Shown: positions 31,667-40,765 of the stretch, piece after piece
Layout: every line of letters starts with the position of its first letter
How positions within the stretch are numbered: the stretch's first letter is position 1
IMG/VR virus record: IMGVR_UViG_3300028886_000081
Length of the DNA: 64,000 bases
DNA from: an uncultured virus (IMG/VR IMGVR_UViG_3300028886_000081)
Lineage: Duplodnaviria > Heunggongvirae > Uroviricota > Caudoviricetes
Reading direction: 5' to 3' (one strand)
The notes under the pieces: model-generated
Told to the model about the DNA's origin: nothing
What the model saw: the letters and a program-made list of their open reading frames with translations, nothing else
Database searches by the model: none
Position numbers and translations under genes: made by a program

Positions 31667-31951
31667 GTCGGGATAGTCATTTTTCCTGCTTATTTCGCCT
31701 TCTGTCGGCTTAAAGCCTTTCAGGTGGACAGTTGTTCAACTGAGGTATAAACAAGCATTTAGAGAGCCGTTTAAACGTGTTTACTTCACGCGGGTATTGT
31801 CTGTTATGAATGTAGAGTTCAGTTGAAAAAACGGGAATACGCGAATATTCCCGTTACAGAAGTGTAGAAGAAGGAAACCCGTTTCACGTATGGAGTCGAA
31901 AATATGTAGTATATGAAAGTAGTGGAGTTTCGGGTTTCCTTAGACGGTTAA

Positions 31952-32233
31952 TCAGAGTCCCAGTTCTTTCTTGAGGTTTTCTGCAATTCTCAGACCATCC
32001 TCATACTGTTCTATCAGTCCGGCAGTATCGACGATTTTCTGGATGTCGAGCGGGTATTCTGATTTCAGTTCTTCGAGTTTCGCCTTAGTATCTTGGACTG
32101 ATTTCTTTGTACTTAAGATGGCGGCTTGCAAGTCTAGGCTTGCGGATTCTACATAATAGTCCACCTTGTTCTTTTCCTCGTTCTCCTCTGAGAGAATTTC
32201 TCTGTTCTTGTAGTTGATTTTCATTGTTTTCAT
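31952..32233 (-). CDS. Coiled-coil hypothetical protein
   Basis: ORF; start MKTMKINY inferred. Confidence 0.75.
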   Translation of the reverse strand: MKTMKINYKNREILSEENEEKNKVDYYVESASLDLQAAILSTKKSVQDTKAKLEELKSEYPLDIQKIVDTAGLIEQYEDGLRIAENLKKELGL

Positions 32234-32486
32234 CGTTTTTAAAAGTTTCACGTTTGTCTATCGTAGTGTTATAAGATTCATGTCTGTCTATCGTAGTGGA
32301 ATCACATACACAGTAATTACGGTCTAAATACAGTACTGAACCGGTTTGACCTACATCAGTTATTGTAAGAGCATCTTTGTAATCTTTGAAAGCTTCTCCT
32401 ATGGTCATAGGTTGCTCTGAAGCAATTGCGTACAGTGCGAATTTTCTTGCTAATTCATAATCTACAGTTAACTTATCATCATTCAT
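32085..32486 (-). CDS. Hypothetical protein, 3' end probably rearranged
   Basis: Long overlap with next gene; internal duplication TTIDRHE/TTIDKRE. Confidence 0.5.
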   Translation of the reverse strand: MNDDKLTVDYELARKFALYAIASEQPMTIGEAFKDYKDALTITDVGQTGSVLYLDRNYCVCDSTTIDRHESYNTTIDKRETFKNDENNENQLQEQRNSLRGERGKEQGGLLCRIRKPRLASRHLKYKEISPRY

Positions 32487-32529
32487 AAAAAATTTAATTA
32501 ATCTAAAAAAACTTACGTTACGCTTAGTC

Positions 32530-32606
32530 TGGTAGGGAGTGTGGGACTTGAACCCACAACCTCATGCGTATAAGACATCTGCGCTAACCAATTGCGCCAA
32601 CTCCCT
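32530..32606 (-). tRNA. tRNA-Ile, anticodon UAU
   Basis: Cloverleaf: acceptor AGGGAGT/ACTCCCT, D stem GCGC, loop CT-TAT-AC, T arm GTGGG-TTCAAGT-CCCAC, discriminator A, encoded CCA. Confidence 0.92.
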
Positions 32607-33075
32607 GAATATGCCTTAATGCGTGTGACTTCTTAAGGACTTTTGAGACTGTCATTACCTTGTTGAAATTCTTGCAAGTGTCACTCCATTGAATAGGCTG
32701 TTAACAACCTTCAACTCTGAGATTCTAATTCCAACTTGGTATCTCCCTTTCAGTCTCTACACGTTTATAAAACTCTCGCTATCCACTCTTATTTAATACA
32801 GACGCTATCTGCTTTATTTGGGAGCTTCTCCTAGGTCTTAAAGTTCTATTTTCGCTCGGTGCTGTCCTTTTGTCAGATTATACTAAGGGATTCTAACCCT
32901 CAAACCGCCTTTACCACAAGCATCATGACCATGCTTTCGACTTTGCATTACTGCTTTCAGATAGCTTACACTTAGGTCAATTTACTATCATTGTACAATC
33001 GACTAAAAGGACTTATACCGAATTTGGGTAGATTCTACTATGGGATTTCTCGCCATAGCACACACTTTTTTTCTT
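32607..33075 (-). ncRNA. Group I intron-like structured RNA without evident exons
   Basis: Manually paired P2, P3, P4, P5, P6, P7, P8, P9 in group I order (see findings). Confidence 0.75.
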
Positions 33076-33083
33076 TCACGTTG

Positions 33084-33116
33084 CAAAGGTACGACAATTA
33101 TTCCGTTCGTGCAAAT
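33084..33116 (-). promoter_or_regulatory. Bacteroidota promoter driving ncRNA-tRNA transcript
   Basis: TTTG..TACCTTTG on minus strand. Confidence 0.8.
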
Positions 33117-33134
33117 TTCAGATGTTAAAAAAAT

Positions 33135-33422
33135 CTAAAGAATGCAATCTTCATCTTCCTCGTCATCTTCGTCCTCGTCAGAACCATTTTCGTATTCATC
33201 CCAGGAACCGTAGCCAAGGTGTTCTGCTATCATGTCACGTTCGAACCACAGAAAATCATTTATTTCTGTTTCAGTCCAACCTTCTCCTGATTGGTCTGAG
33301 ACTTCTTCTATTAAATCTTCAACTGAATCACAGTCGCCCTTCTCAATCAGTACGTCCAGTGTATCTTTGCCACCTGACCATGCTTCGAAACTCTCAAGGC
33401 TTGTCTCTACGTAATATCTCAT
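33135..33422 (-). CDS. Highly acidic small protein
   Basis: FEAWSGGKDT..TEINDFLWFE; D/E-rich tail. Confidence 0.8.
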   Translation of the reverse strand: MRYYVETSLESFEAWSGGKDTLDVLIEKGDCDSVEDLIEEVSDQSGEGWTETEINDFLWFERDMIAEHLGYGSWDEYENGSDEDEDDEEDEDCIL

Positions 33423-33457
33423 ATCTGAAATGAATTTACAGGTTAAACATAAACTGA

Positions 33458-33874
33458 TTAGAATAAGTCCTCGTCCTCATCGAAATCTTCGACAAACTTC
33501 CTAATCTCATCGATTCTATTTGAATCGAATTCAATTTCTTCTTCGCACCAGTTTTCTTCGATAAACGGAACTTTAGACAGAATTGCGTTGCATCCTTCGA
33601 TTACCATACATACCATATAGGCTTCAGGTTCACTGAACGGATTATGTGTATTTTCACCGAAGTTCATCTTTTCCCAGTCAAAATACTCACCTGCTTCCCA
33701 ATTCCATTCACGAAGATAGTCAAGTGCTTTTTCACGGCTATATGTACATGTGCCGTTAGCATTTATACCTTCTGTGATTGTAGTGGGGAAATCACAAGCG
33801 TAGAAACTCATATCTTCATAATTGTCGATATTCTCCAAAATGAAATCCTTACAATACTTTACGAAACCTTCCAT
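33458..33874 (-). CDS. Highly acidic protein (candidate DNA mimic)
   Basis: 138 aa D/E-rich ORF with own promoter. Confidence 0.75.
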   Translation of the reverse strand: MEGFVKYCKDFILENIDNYEDMSFYACDFPTTITEGINANGTCTYSREKALDYLREWNWEAGEYFDWEKMNFGENTHNPFSEPEAYMVCMVIEGCNAILSKVPFIEENWCEEEIEFDSNRIDEIRKFVEDFDEDEDLF

Positions 33875-33990
33875 AGAATTTGTTTTTTGAGTTGTTGTTT
33901 TGTTTTTGTTTCACGGTGCAAAGGTACGATGATTTTTTTACCCGTGCAACTTTTTCACGTTAATCGTTCTTAATGAAATGCTAAAGAATG

Positions 33991-34629
33991 TTAACAGTAG
34001 CCCAATGCTTCTTCCTCTGTCATAAAGAAGTGAATACCGGCTGAACATTCATTCCACCTGCATTCGTCAAAGGAGTCTGGGTAGACATATTCTCCTACCT
34101 TGTAAACACAAGATACCATATTAGTGTTAGTTACCTCATTAACCGTTTCACCTGATACCATGTCTCTTATCTCAAGCACCTTCGCCTTACTGCAACGGCA
34201 CTTATTCGAAGTAGAAGAACTACGTTTCGCGTCCTCCGGTATCTCAAGTTTAACTATGAAATACCTATTACGACCATATTCCTCTGTCCAGTATATTTTC
34301 TTCCAACCGATGAAACTACCGGTCTCAGGGCAAGTCATAGGTAAATCCGGCATGATAGTATTATTCAAAAAAGCTTTATCAAGATATACATCATGTAAGT
34401 CTGCGCCGGTTAAGTCAGAACCGGTTAAATCTGCACAGTATAAATAAGCTTCACGCAAGTCAGCACCACGCAAGTCTGCACCACGTAAATTAGCATAACT
34501 TAAACTTGCACCACGTAAACTTATACCTCGTTTCACTGCTTCCTCGACAGTATCTTTGATGGTATTATCCTCTTTGTTTAACTCGAAGATAACATCATAT
34601 GTTTCCAAATTTTTAATCTGAATTAGCAT
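33991..34629 (-). CDS. Pentapeptide repeat protein with DUF5758-like domain
   Basis: Family motifs. Confidence 0.9.
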   Translation of the reverse strand: MLIQIKNLETYDVIFELNKEDNTIKDTVEEAVKRGISLRGASLSYANLRGADLRGADLREAYLYCADLTGSDLTGADLHDVYLDKAFLNNTIMPDLPMTCPETGSFIGWKKIYWTEEYGRNRYFIVKLEIPEDAKRSSSTSNKCRCSKAKVLEIRDMVSGETVNEVTNTNMVSCVYKVGEYVYPDSFDECRWNECSAGIHFFMTEEEALGYC

Positions 34630-34729
34630 AACTCGTTTCTGTTTTTGTTTGACACTGCAAAGGTACGATGATATTTTGGAACGTACAAGTTTTCGGTGTT
34701 AATCGTTCTTAATGAAATGCTAAAGAATG

Positions 34730-35071
34730 TTAACTGATTTTCTCAAGTTTTGCTATCATCTGGTTCAGCCTTGTAGTGAAGAAAAGTGCATCTCTTTTAT
34801 TCAGGGATTCATTGAAAGTTTCTACAAGCCGGTGAAGTACTGATGAGGCTTCGTTTAATGGTATCTTATCTGTTACCACATTCTTCTGTGCTTCTTGCAG
34901 TTCTTCGGCACTGTTCTCGATTGCTTCGACAATTGAATCCTTATCAGCAGGATTGATACCGGTAAATGACTTGAGTGCCTTGCCCTTGCTCCATACAATC
35001 AATGCACCTTCCTTGTTTATCACGTCAAATGAACCGATTTTCGTATTAACTCTAAATCCAATAACTTCCAT
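34730..35071 (-). CDS. Hypothetical protein
   Basis: 113 aa ORF. Confidence 0.75.
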   Translation of the reverse strand: MEVIGFRVNTKIGSFDVINKEGALIVWSKGKALKSFTGINPADKDSIVEAIENSAEELQEAQKNVVTDKIPLNEASSVLHRLVETFNESLNKRDALFFTTRLNQMIAKLEKIS

Positions 35072-35126
35072 TTTTTATTTGTTTTTAATTAATATAAATG
35101 CTTTAGCGTACTCATTTGAGTACATA

Positions 35127-35606
35127 TCAGATGGTGTTTTCTCTGATTAGCCTTTGTTTTTCCTCGTCAGTATAGTTGAACAGGTTTATATTATCCACAA
35201 GCCATTTCCAATTTTTACCGGTAACGTCAAGTGTACCTGAATTATTCAAATTACCTATACCGAACCAATCTCCTTGTTTTGTTCTTACGAATACTCCTAA
35301 TTCATCATTTTCGCCTTTTTCAGTTACAATGAATTTATCTGTATTTCTTGCATAAAGCCAATAGCAATCCTTTGATACTTCGCAGTAAGTCTTAAAGAGT
35401 TCCGGATATTTCTTCTTGAACTGCATATACCCAAGTACTTCACTGACTTCAATGATATAATGCCTTGAGAATCTTATCTTACCGTCATCAAAGCAATGGT
35501 ATTTCTTACCTACCTCAGGTACCGGTTCAAGATGTTTCTTCCGTGAATATAGTACGGTTTTATCCGGTAGGGGATATTTGTTTTTCTTCCTATGCCTTGT
35601 TTTCAT
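35127..35606 (-). CDS. Hypothetical protein
   Basis: 159 aa ORF (FDDGKI..SRHY). Confidence 0.75.
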   Translation of the reverse strand: MKTRHRKKNKYPLPDKTVLYSRKKHLEPVPEVGKKYHCFDDGKIRFSRHYIIEVSEVLGYMQFKKKYPELFKTYCEVSKDCYWLYARNTDKFIVTEKGENDELGVFVRTKQGDWFGIGNLNNSGTLDVTGKNWKWLVDNINLFNYTDEEKQRLIRENTI

Positions 35607-35607
35607 A

Positions 35608-35973
35608 TTAGAAAGTTATGTCTCTTATAACTATATGAGTTGAATTATCGGATAGTCTGAAATTGATATTACAGAGATGTGTTCCGTTACTTCCGCCGGT
35701 GAATGTTTCGTATCTGAAGTCAAGTACGAAGAAAAGTTCATAGCCTCCCTCCTCATCTTCTGTAAGATGACCGGAACCTTCAATTTTAACTGATTTGAAC
35801 AAGCATGGTTGTGTTTGGAAACTGTCACTGTCTATAATCAGTATGGCTTCTCCGTTTCTTAACGTTCTGTCTGTCATATGTATTTTGGTATTGATACCGA
35901 AACGCATCAGACAGTTTTCAATATCCGTTCTGATTTCTTCACGTATGTTCTCTGTAAAATCATTTATTTTCAT
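35608..35973 (-). CDS. Hypothetical protein
   Basis: 121 aa ORF. Confidence 0.75.
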   Translation of the reverse strand: MKINDFTENIREEIRTDIENCLMRFGINTKIHMTDRTLRNGEAILIIDSDSFQTQPCLFKSVKIEGSGHLTEDEEGGYELFFVLDFRYETFTGGSNGTHLCNINFRLSDNSTHIVIRDITF

Positions 35974-36164
35974 ATTCCAACGTTTTTAATCCAGTTATCT
36001 TTATCGTCATAAATCGACACTTCCTCAATGATATTTCCGTCCAAGTCACCTTGAGAGATTATATTCCACGCATAGTTCTCTGCATCAGTGATATTTTCTC
36101 CCACAATGTCCTTCACCCTCGGTTCTGAAAGATTAAGGACAGTCCACGCTAATCTGTATCTCAT
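35970..36164 (-). CDS. Hypothetical protein
   Basis: 64 aa ORF coupled to next. Confidence 0.65.
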   Translation of the reverse strand: MRYRLAWTVLNLSEPRVKDIVGENITDAENYAWNIISQGDLDGNIIEEVSIYDDKDNWIKNVGI

Positions 36165-36170
36165 GGCTAA

Positions 36171-36410
36171 TTAATATTTATATTTTCCAAGATGATTTTC
36201 TCTCAGTCCTTCTTCGTACAAGGCATTATATGCCTGCATAAGTGTGTAGCCATATTGACGAGACTTTCCACTATTGCAATTGCTGCTCATTCTGTCAATG
36301 GCAAGGGAATTGTTTGTAACGTAGTGATACGGTTTTCCGTAATAAGTGAACACAATTTTCCAAGCGCCGGAACCGACTTTTCTTATACTGAATATTCTGT
36401 TATTTCTCAT
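36171..36410 (-). CDS. Hypothetical protein
   Basis: 79 aa ORF. Confidence 0.7.
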   Translation of the reverse strand: MRNNRIFSIRKVGSGAWKIVFTYYGKPYHYVTNNSLAIDRMSSNCNSGKSRQYGYTLMQAYNALYEEGLRENHLGKYKY

Positions 36411-36598
36411 TCAATTTCTCTGTTAAGCCATTCATTGAAACCTCTGTGGTACATTGATAGGATAATGACAATTGACATTACTACAATACCAATGGAGTTA
36501 ATCACAAAGGCTTTTATACCAAGTATCAGACAGAAGAATAGCCCTGAAGCTATCCAAAATAATAAAATCGTGTATAATAGCAGTTCTTTATTTGTCAT
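36407..36598 (-). CDS. Small membrane protein
   Basis: Two hydrophobic segments. Confidence 0.6.
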   Translation of the reverse strand: MTNKELLLYTILLFWIASGLFFCLILGIKAFVINSIGIVVMSIVIILSMYHRGFNEWLNREIE

Positions 36599-36750
36599 AG
36601 ATATATTTTTCTAATTTTTCAAGAAATTCAACAAGAGAACACTCTGCTTTGATTTTGAATTTTCCGTTTCCCATAGGGAGTTCCTTTAGATTATCAATAA
36701 GAAACTCCTCTACCTTAAAAAGACTAATATTCTTGTCTGTCATGGCATTA

Positions 36751-36915
36751 TCACGTACTGAATATTACACTAATCTCACCTTCCTCAGTAAAGCCGTACA
36801 GCGTCTTAGGGGCATCTGTACGATGATACTTGCGGAATGCTTCTCTATAACTCTCAAAATCTTCGCTAACTTCACCAAGGTCAGCAACTAACTGAAATCT
36901 TACATACTTCTTCAT
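36751..36915 (-). CDS. Small hypothetical protein
   Basis: Manual translation MKKYVRFQLVADLG..; directly after a promoter cassette. Confidence 0.6.
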   Translation of the reverse strand: MKKYVRFQLVADLGEVSEDFESYREAFRKYHRTDAPKTLYGFTEEGEISVIFST

Positions 36916-37018
36916 AACTTAATCTTGTTTTTTTTGTTTGACGGTGCAAAGGTACGATGATTTTTTTATCCGTGCAACTTTTTCACGTTAATCGTTCTTA
37001 ACGGAATGCTAAAGGATG

Positions 37019-37273
37019 TTAATCGGTTTCAAACACTATTCTCCATGTAAAATAGGGCAGAGTCTTTGCATATACTGAACGTCCGTCAATCTTTCCTTTT
37101 TGCTTAATGAATGACCATTTTTCACTACACAGAATGTCCGATGAGGCTTCTTCCTCTGTTATTGCCTTAGCTTTAACAAATGCATATGTAAACAGATGAC
37201 GTAGTTTATCTTTATTAATATCTAATCTGGTCTTGTATTCCTTCCCGGTTCTGTTGTCTCTGATAAGATACAT
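37019..37273 (-). CDS. Hypothetical protein
   Basis: 84 aa ORF. Confidence 0.7.
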   Translation of the reverse strand: MYLIRDNRTGKEYKTRLDINKDKLRHLFTYAFVKAKAITEEEASSDILCSEKWSFIKQKGKIDGRSVYAKTLPYFTWRIVFETD

Positions 37274-37294
37274 AATGGTATTTTATTTTAATTG

Positions 37295-37927
37295 TTAATA
37301 ATTCAGTGCTTCTTCTTCACTCATAAAGAAGTGTATGCCATTACTACACTCATGCCATCTACACTCGTCAAAGGAATCAGGGTAAACATACTCTCCTACT
37401 TTGTAAATGCACGTATGCATATTTTTATTTGTTACCTTGACAATTGTTTTGTCTGTCCTTATGTTTCTTATCTCAAGTACCTTAGCTTTCGAGCAACGGC
37501 ACTTATTTGAAAAACCCGAACTTCTCTTAGCATCCTCCGGTATCTCAAGTTTTACAATAAAATCATCGGCAAAATATTCCCTCGTCCATAAAATCTTTTT
37601 ATAGCCTATAAAACTACCGGTCTCAGGACAATGCATGGGAAAATCGATTTTAGTGGTGTCATCAAAATCAGCACTATAAATACGAATCTTTTCTAAATTT
37701 GCACCACGCAAGTCTGTACCGGTAAGATTTGCATCATCTAAAATGGCTTCACGCAAGTCAGCACCACGTAAGTCCGCATCACGTAAATCTGAATAATATA
37801 AATCAGCAAAACGTAAACTGACACCTTGCCTTACCGCTTCCTCGACAGTATCTTTGATGCTATTATACTCCTTGTCCAACTCGAAGATAACCTCATCTGT
37901 TTTCCAATTTAAAATCTTTATCAGCAT
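37295..37927 (-). CDS. Pentapeptide repeat protein with DUF5758-like domain
   Basis: Family motifs; start MLIKILNW by paralogy. Confidence 0.9.
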   Translation of the reverse strand: MLIKILNWKTDEVIFELDKEYNSIKDTVEEAVRQGVSLRFADLYYSDLRDADLRGADLREAILDDANLTGTDLRGANLEKIRIYSADFDDTTKIDFPMHCPETGSFIGYKKILWTREYFADDFIVKLEIPEDAKRSSGFSNKCRCSKAKVLEIRNIRTDKTIVKVTNKNMHTCIYKVGEYVYPDSFDECRWHECSNGIHFFMSEEEALNY

Positions 37928-38106
37928 AACTATTTTCTGTTTCTGTTTGACACTGCAAAGGTACGACAATAATTTCATTCGTACAACTTTCTGACGTTAA
38001 TCGTTCTTAATGAAGTGCTAAAGAATGTTAACCGTACTCATTTGAGTACATACTAATAAAAAAAACACCATGCTATACAGATAACATGGTGTAGTTTTTA
38101 ATTCAA

Positions 38107-39093
38107 TCAGATTTTCCAATAGTTTGATAAATCATCCTTGTATGCCGCTTCAATACCTTCGCTTGTATGGAAAATGAGTTTGTCGTAATAGTTTGTGTAT
38201 TGTCCGACAGATGAGTTTTTGTACCACTCGAAGATATCACCTTCACACTGGTTGATGGAATAGGGGTTGCCGTTGAATACCACATATGAATTAATGTGTT
38301 TAATCAGTTCAATGGCACTTCTAAGGAATTCAGGCTTGATATCCTTTTCGGTAAGTTCAACATTATCACCTACTTCGGCTTCAATGTCATTTCCCCATAT
38401 AACCAGTTCACCTTTGTCGGTACGGCTTAATGAACTGATATCAAAAGTTGTCATACTGTCTATAATGAATGTGGCGTCACCATAGTTAGGACATTCGAAA
38501 CGAAGATTAGGTTCAAGGGAAAGGAGTTCCATGAGTTGTTTGTATTCCTTGCTTCTGTGAAGTCTCTCAATGCTGATAAGGTCACGGAGTCTGATAATCT
38601 CATCATAATTCAGAATTTCCGTTATCTCCACGAAATCAGATAGGAAGTTTTTCTTACGTACACACACTTCAAGTTTTCCGTTCTGTCTGAAGTTTATCTG
38701 ACATACGTCTGTATCTTCCGAAACAAACATGGACTTAGTCCAGTAGGTTCTTAGACCAGTGTTCTCGGTAATCATTGAAGCGATGTCTCTGATAGCATCA
38801 CTCAATTCCTTTTCCCTTATGGCATCTATCACCTTAGTCAGTTCAGAATAGGCAAAGTCATAATACATATACTCCCTATAGTCATCCACGTAGAATGTAA
38901 CATCGTTATTACGAAGTGTCATGGAAGTAATGTTTACAACCTCATTTTCCCGGCCTGCCATCTTAATAGGGGAATCGAACTCGTAAAGATAATCATAGTA
39001 CTTCTCTTTCTCACGAAGGAAATTATGGATTACCTCTTCTTCCTTTTGCATAACAATGTTATAGTCACGAATGAATTTTCTTTCTTTTTCCAT
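38107..39093 (-). CDS. Hypothetical protein
   Basis: 328 aa ORF. Confidence 0.8.
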   Translation of the reverse strand: MEKERKFIRDYNIVMQKEEEVIHNFLREKEKYYDYLYEFDSPIKMAGRENEVVNITSMTLRNNDVTFYVDDYREYMYYDFAYSELTKVIDAIREKELSDAIRDIASMITENTGLRTYWTKSMFVSEDTDVCQINFRQNGKLEVCVRKKNFLSDFVEITEILNYDEIIRLRDLISIERLHRSKEYKQLMELLSLEPNLRFECPNYGDATFIIDSMTTFDISSLSRTDKGELVIWGNDIEAEVGDNVELTEKDIKPEFLRSAIELIKHINSYVVFNGNPYSINQCEGDIFEWYKNSSVGQYTNYYDKLIFHTSEGIEAAYKDDLSNYWKI

Positions 39094-39109
39094 ATCTTAT
39101 TTGCTTTTA

Positions 39110-39415
39110 TCAGTTATCTAATAGTTCAGGGTTTTCCTCAATGATATTTCCGCAAGCAATCCACAAGGCTCTGCATTCGTTGGTATGTCTGTCTGCATTC
39201 TCTATGGGTTCCACATCGTCCCATACTTCTGATAATGACTTAATCAGTAACTCGTCTGAAATCTCGTCAAATTGCTTACGGATAGTAGGTTCTATAATAC
39301 AATTCTCAACGTCATAAGTACATTCCCCCGAATGATAACACAAGGTTACAATGTCATTCGGTATTTCCAACTCAATCAAGCCACAGCCATCAACATATCC
39401 GATACTCGTTTCCAT
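39110..39415 (-). CDS. Acidic hypothetical protein
   Basis: CYHSGEC..RALWIACGNI; after promoter cassette. Confidence 0.75.
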   Translation of the reverse strand: METSIGYVDGCGLIELEIPNDIVTLCYHSGECTYDVENCIIEPTIRKQFDEISDELLIKSLSEVWDDVEPIENADRHTNECRALWIACGNIIEENPELLDN

Positions 39416-39552
39416 ATTATTCTTTTATTTGTTTGACTCTGCAAAGGTACGACAACTTTTCGAAGTATGCAAATTTCAGACGTTAATCGTTCTTAATGAA
39501 GTACTAAAGAATGTTAACCGTACTCATTTGAGTACATAGGGGGGGGGGTCAA

Positions 39553-40188
39553 TTAATAGTCTAAGGCTTCTTTCTCTGTCATGAAGAAGTGAATACCACT
39601 TGAACATTCATTCCAACGGCATTCGTCAAAAGCATTCGAATAGACATACTCTCCTACTTCATAAACGCACATAAACATATTTTTATTTGTTATACTTTCA
39701 ATTGTTTCTCCTGACATCATATCCCTTATCTCAAGTACTTTAGCCTTTGAACAACGGCACTTATTCGAAGTGGATGAACTGCGTTTCGCATCCTCAGGTA
39801 TCTCAAGTTTAACTATGAAACTTCTCTTAAATCCATATTCCGCTGTCCATGAAATCTTTTTATATCCTATGAAACTGCCTTTCTCCGGGCAAGCCATGGG
39901 GAAATCCGGTATGATGGTATTATTCAAAATGGCTTTATCAAAGAAACAATTTTTTATATTTGCGCCGGTTAAGTCAGCACCACTAAGGTCAGAACCTTCA
40001 AAATATGCACGATATAAATTAGCACCACGCAAGTCCGCATCATGTAAATCCTCATCACATAAACTAGCAAAACTTAAATCTACCCTTTGTCTTACTGCCT
40101 CTTCTACAGTGTCCTTGATAGTGTTATTTTCTTTGTCCAACCCGAAGATAACTTCATCGCTTCTCCAATCCCAAATTTTAATTAACAT
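39553..40188 (-). CDS. Pentapeptide repeat protein with DUF5758-like domain
   Basis: Family motifs. Confidence 0.9.
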   Translation of the reverse strand: MLIKIWDWRSDEVIFGLDKENNTIKDTVEEAVRQRVDLSFASLCDEDLHDADLRGANLYRAYFEGSDLSGADLTGANIKNCFFDKAILNNTIIPDFPMACPEKGSFIGYKKISWTAEYGFKRSFIVKLEIPEDAKRSSSTSNKCRCSKAKVLEIRDMMSGETIESITNKNMFMCVYEVGEYVYSNAFDECRWNECSSGIHFFMTEKEALDY

Positions 40189-40201
40189 AACTTATTTCAG
40201 C

Positions 40202-40480
40202 TTATTTAGTTTCAATGAAGAAGATGGGATATCTTCCGAATTCTTTATTACAATTGAAATATGAATACTCACTGACAACCTTTTCAAAACTATCCCCATC
40301 ACTATTATCTCTCGGATAGGGTGTCTGCCATGCATTGTTTATCCTCATGTCACAAGGGTGCATCCATACGCATTCACCATTGTCATAAGCCTTCTTAGCC
40401 TTAGTTTTGGTTACTTGCCTAACCTTATGTCCGTTTCCGTTAATATCATACAATAACCACGTAATTCCGCTGTATCTCAT
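40202..40480 (-). CDS. Hypothetical protein
   Basis: 92 aa ORF. Confidence 0.7.
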   Translation of the reverse strand: MRYSGITWLLYDINGNGHKVRQVTKTKAKKAYDNGECVWMHPCDMRINNAWQTPYPRDNSDGDSFEKVVSEYSYFNCNKEFGRYPIFFIETK

Positions 40481-40765
40481 AATCTTTTATTTTAATTTAT
40501 ATGTATTGTTGTAATATCCGTACTCATTTGAGTACATAGAGGGATAGAACAGACTCACTTCAAATGTATAAAATTCAATTAGATTTTACTTTTCTGTTAA
40601 TCCATTCTTTTGCTTCTCTCAAAGTACTGAAATACGTGTTTTTCCCATCCTTAAACACGTTCCATACGAATCCGTCACCACCGCTTGAAAATACACTTCG
40701 TGACAGTTTTCCTATTTTATATCCTTTGTACTTAAAATCCATTTTAATTAGTTTTTTTAATTATG

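Larger units (their letters stand above)
33917..39518 (-). repeat. Five ~79 bp promoter cassettes (33917, 34656, 36945, 37954, 39440)
   Basis: + strand TGCAAAGGTACGA..GTTAATCGTTCTTAATGAAxTGCTAAAGAATGTTAAC. Confidence 0.9.

Noticed and set aside
32530..33075. Conventional group I intron inside the tRNA or a CDS
   Set aside because: The tRNA is contiguous and complete, and no split gene flanks the RNA
37928..37978. N-terminal extensions such as YLCS (also 60107, 57443, 48763, 46715)
   Set aside because: They read through the TAnnTTTG promoter; paralogs or leaders point to a downstream ATG
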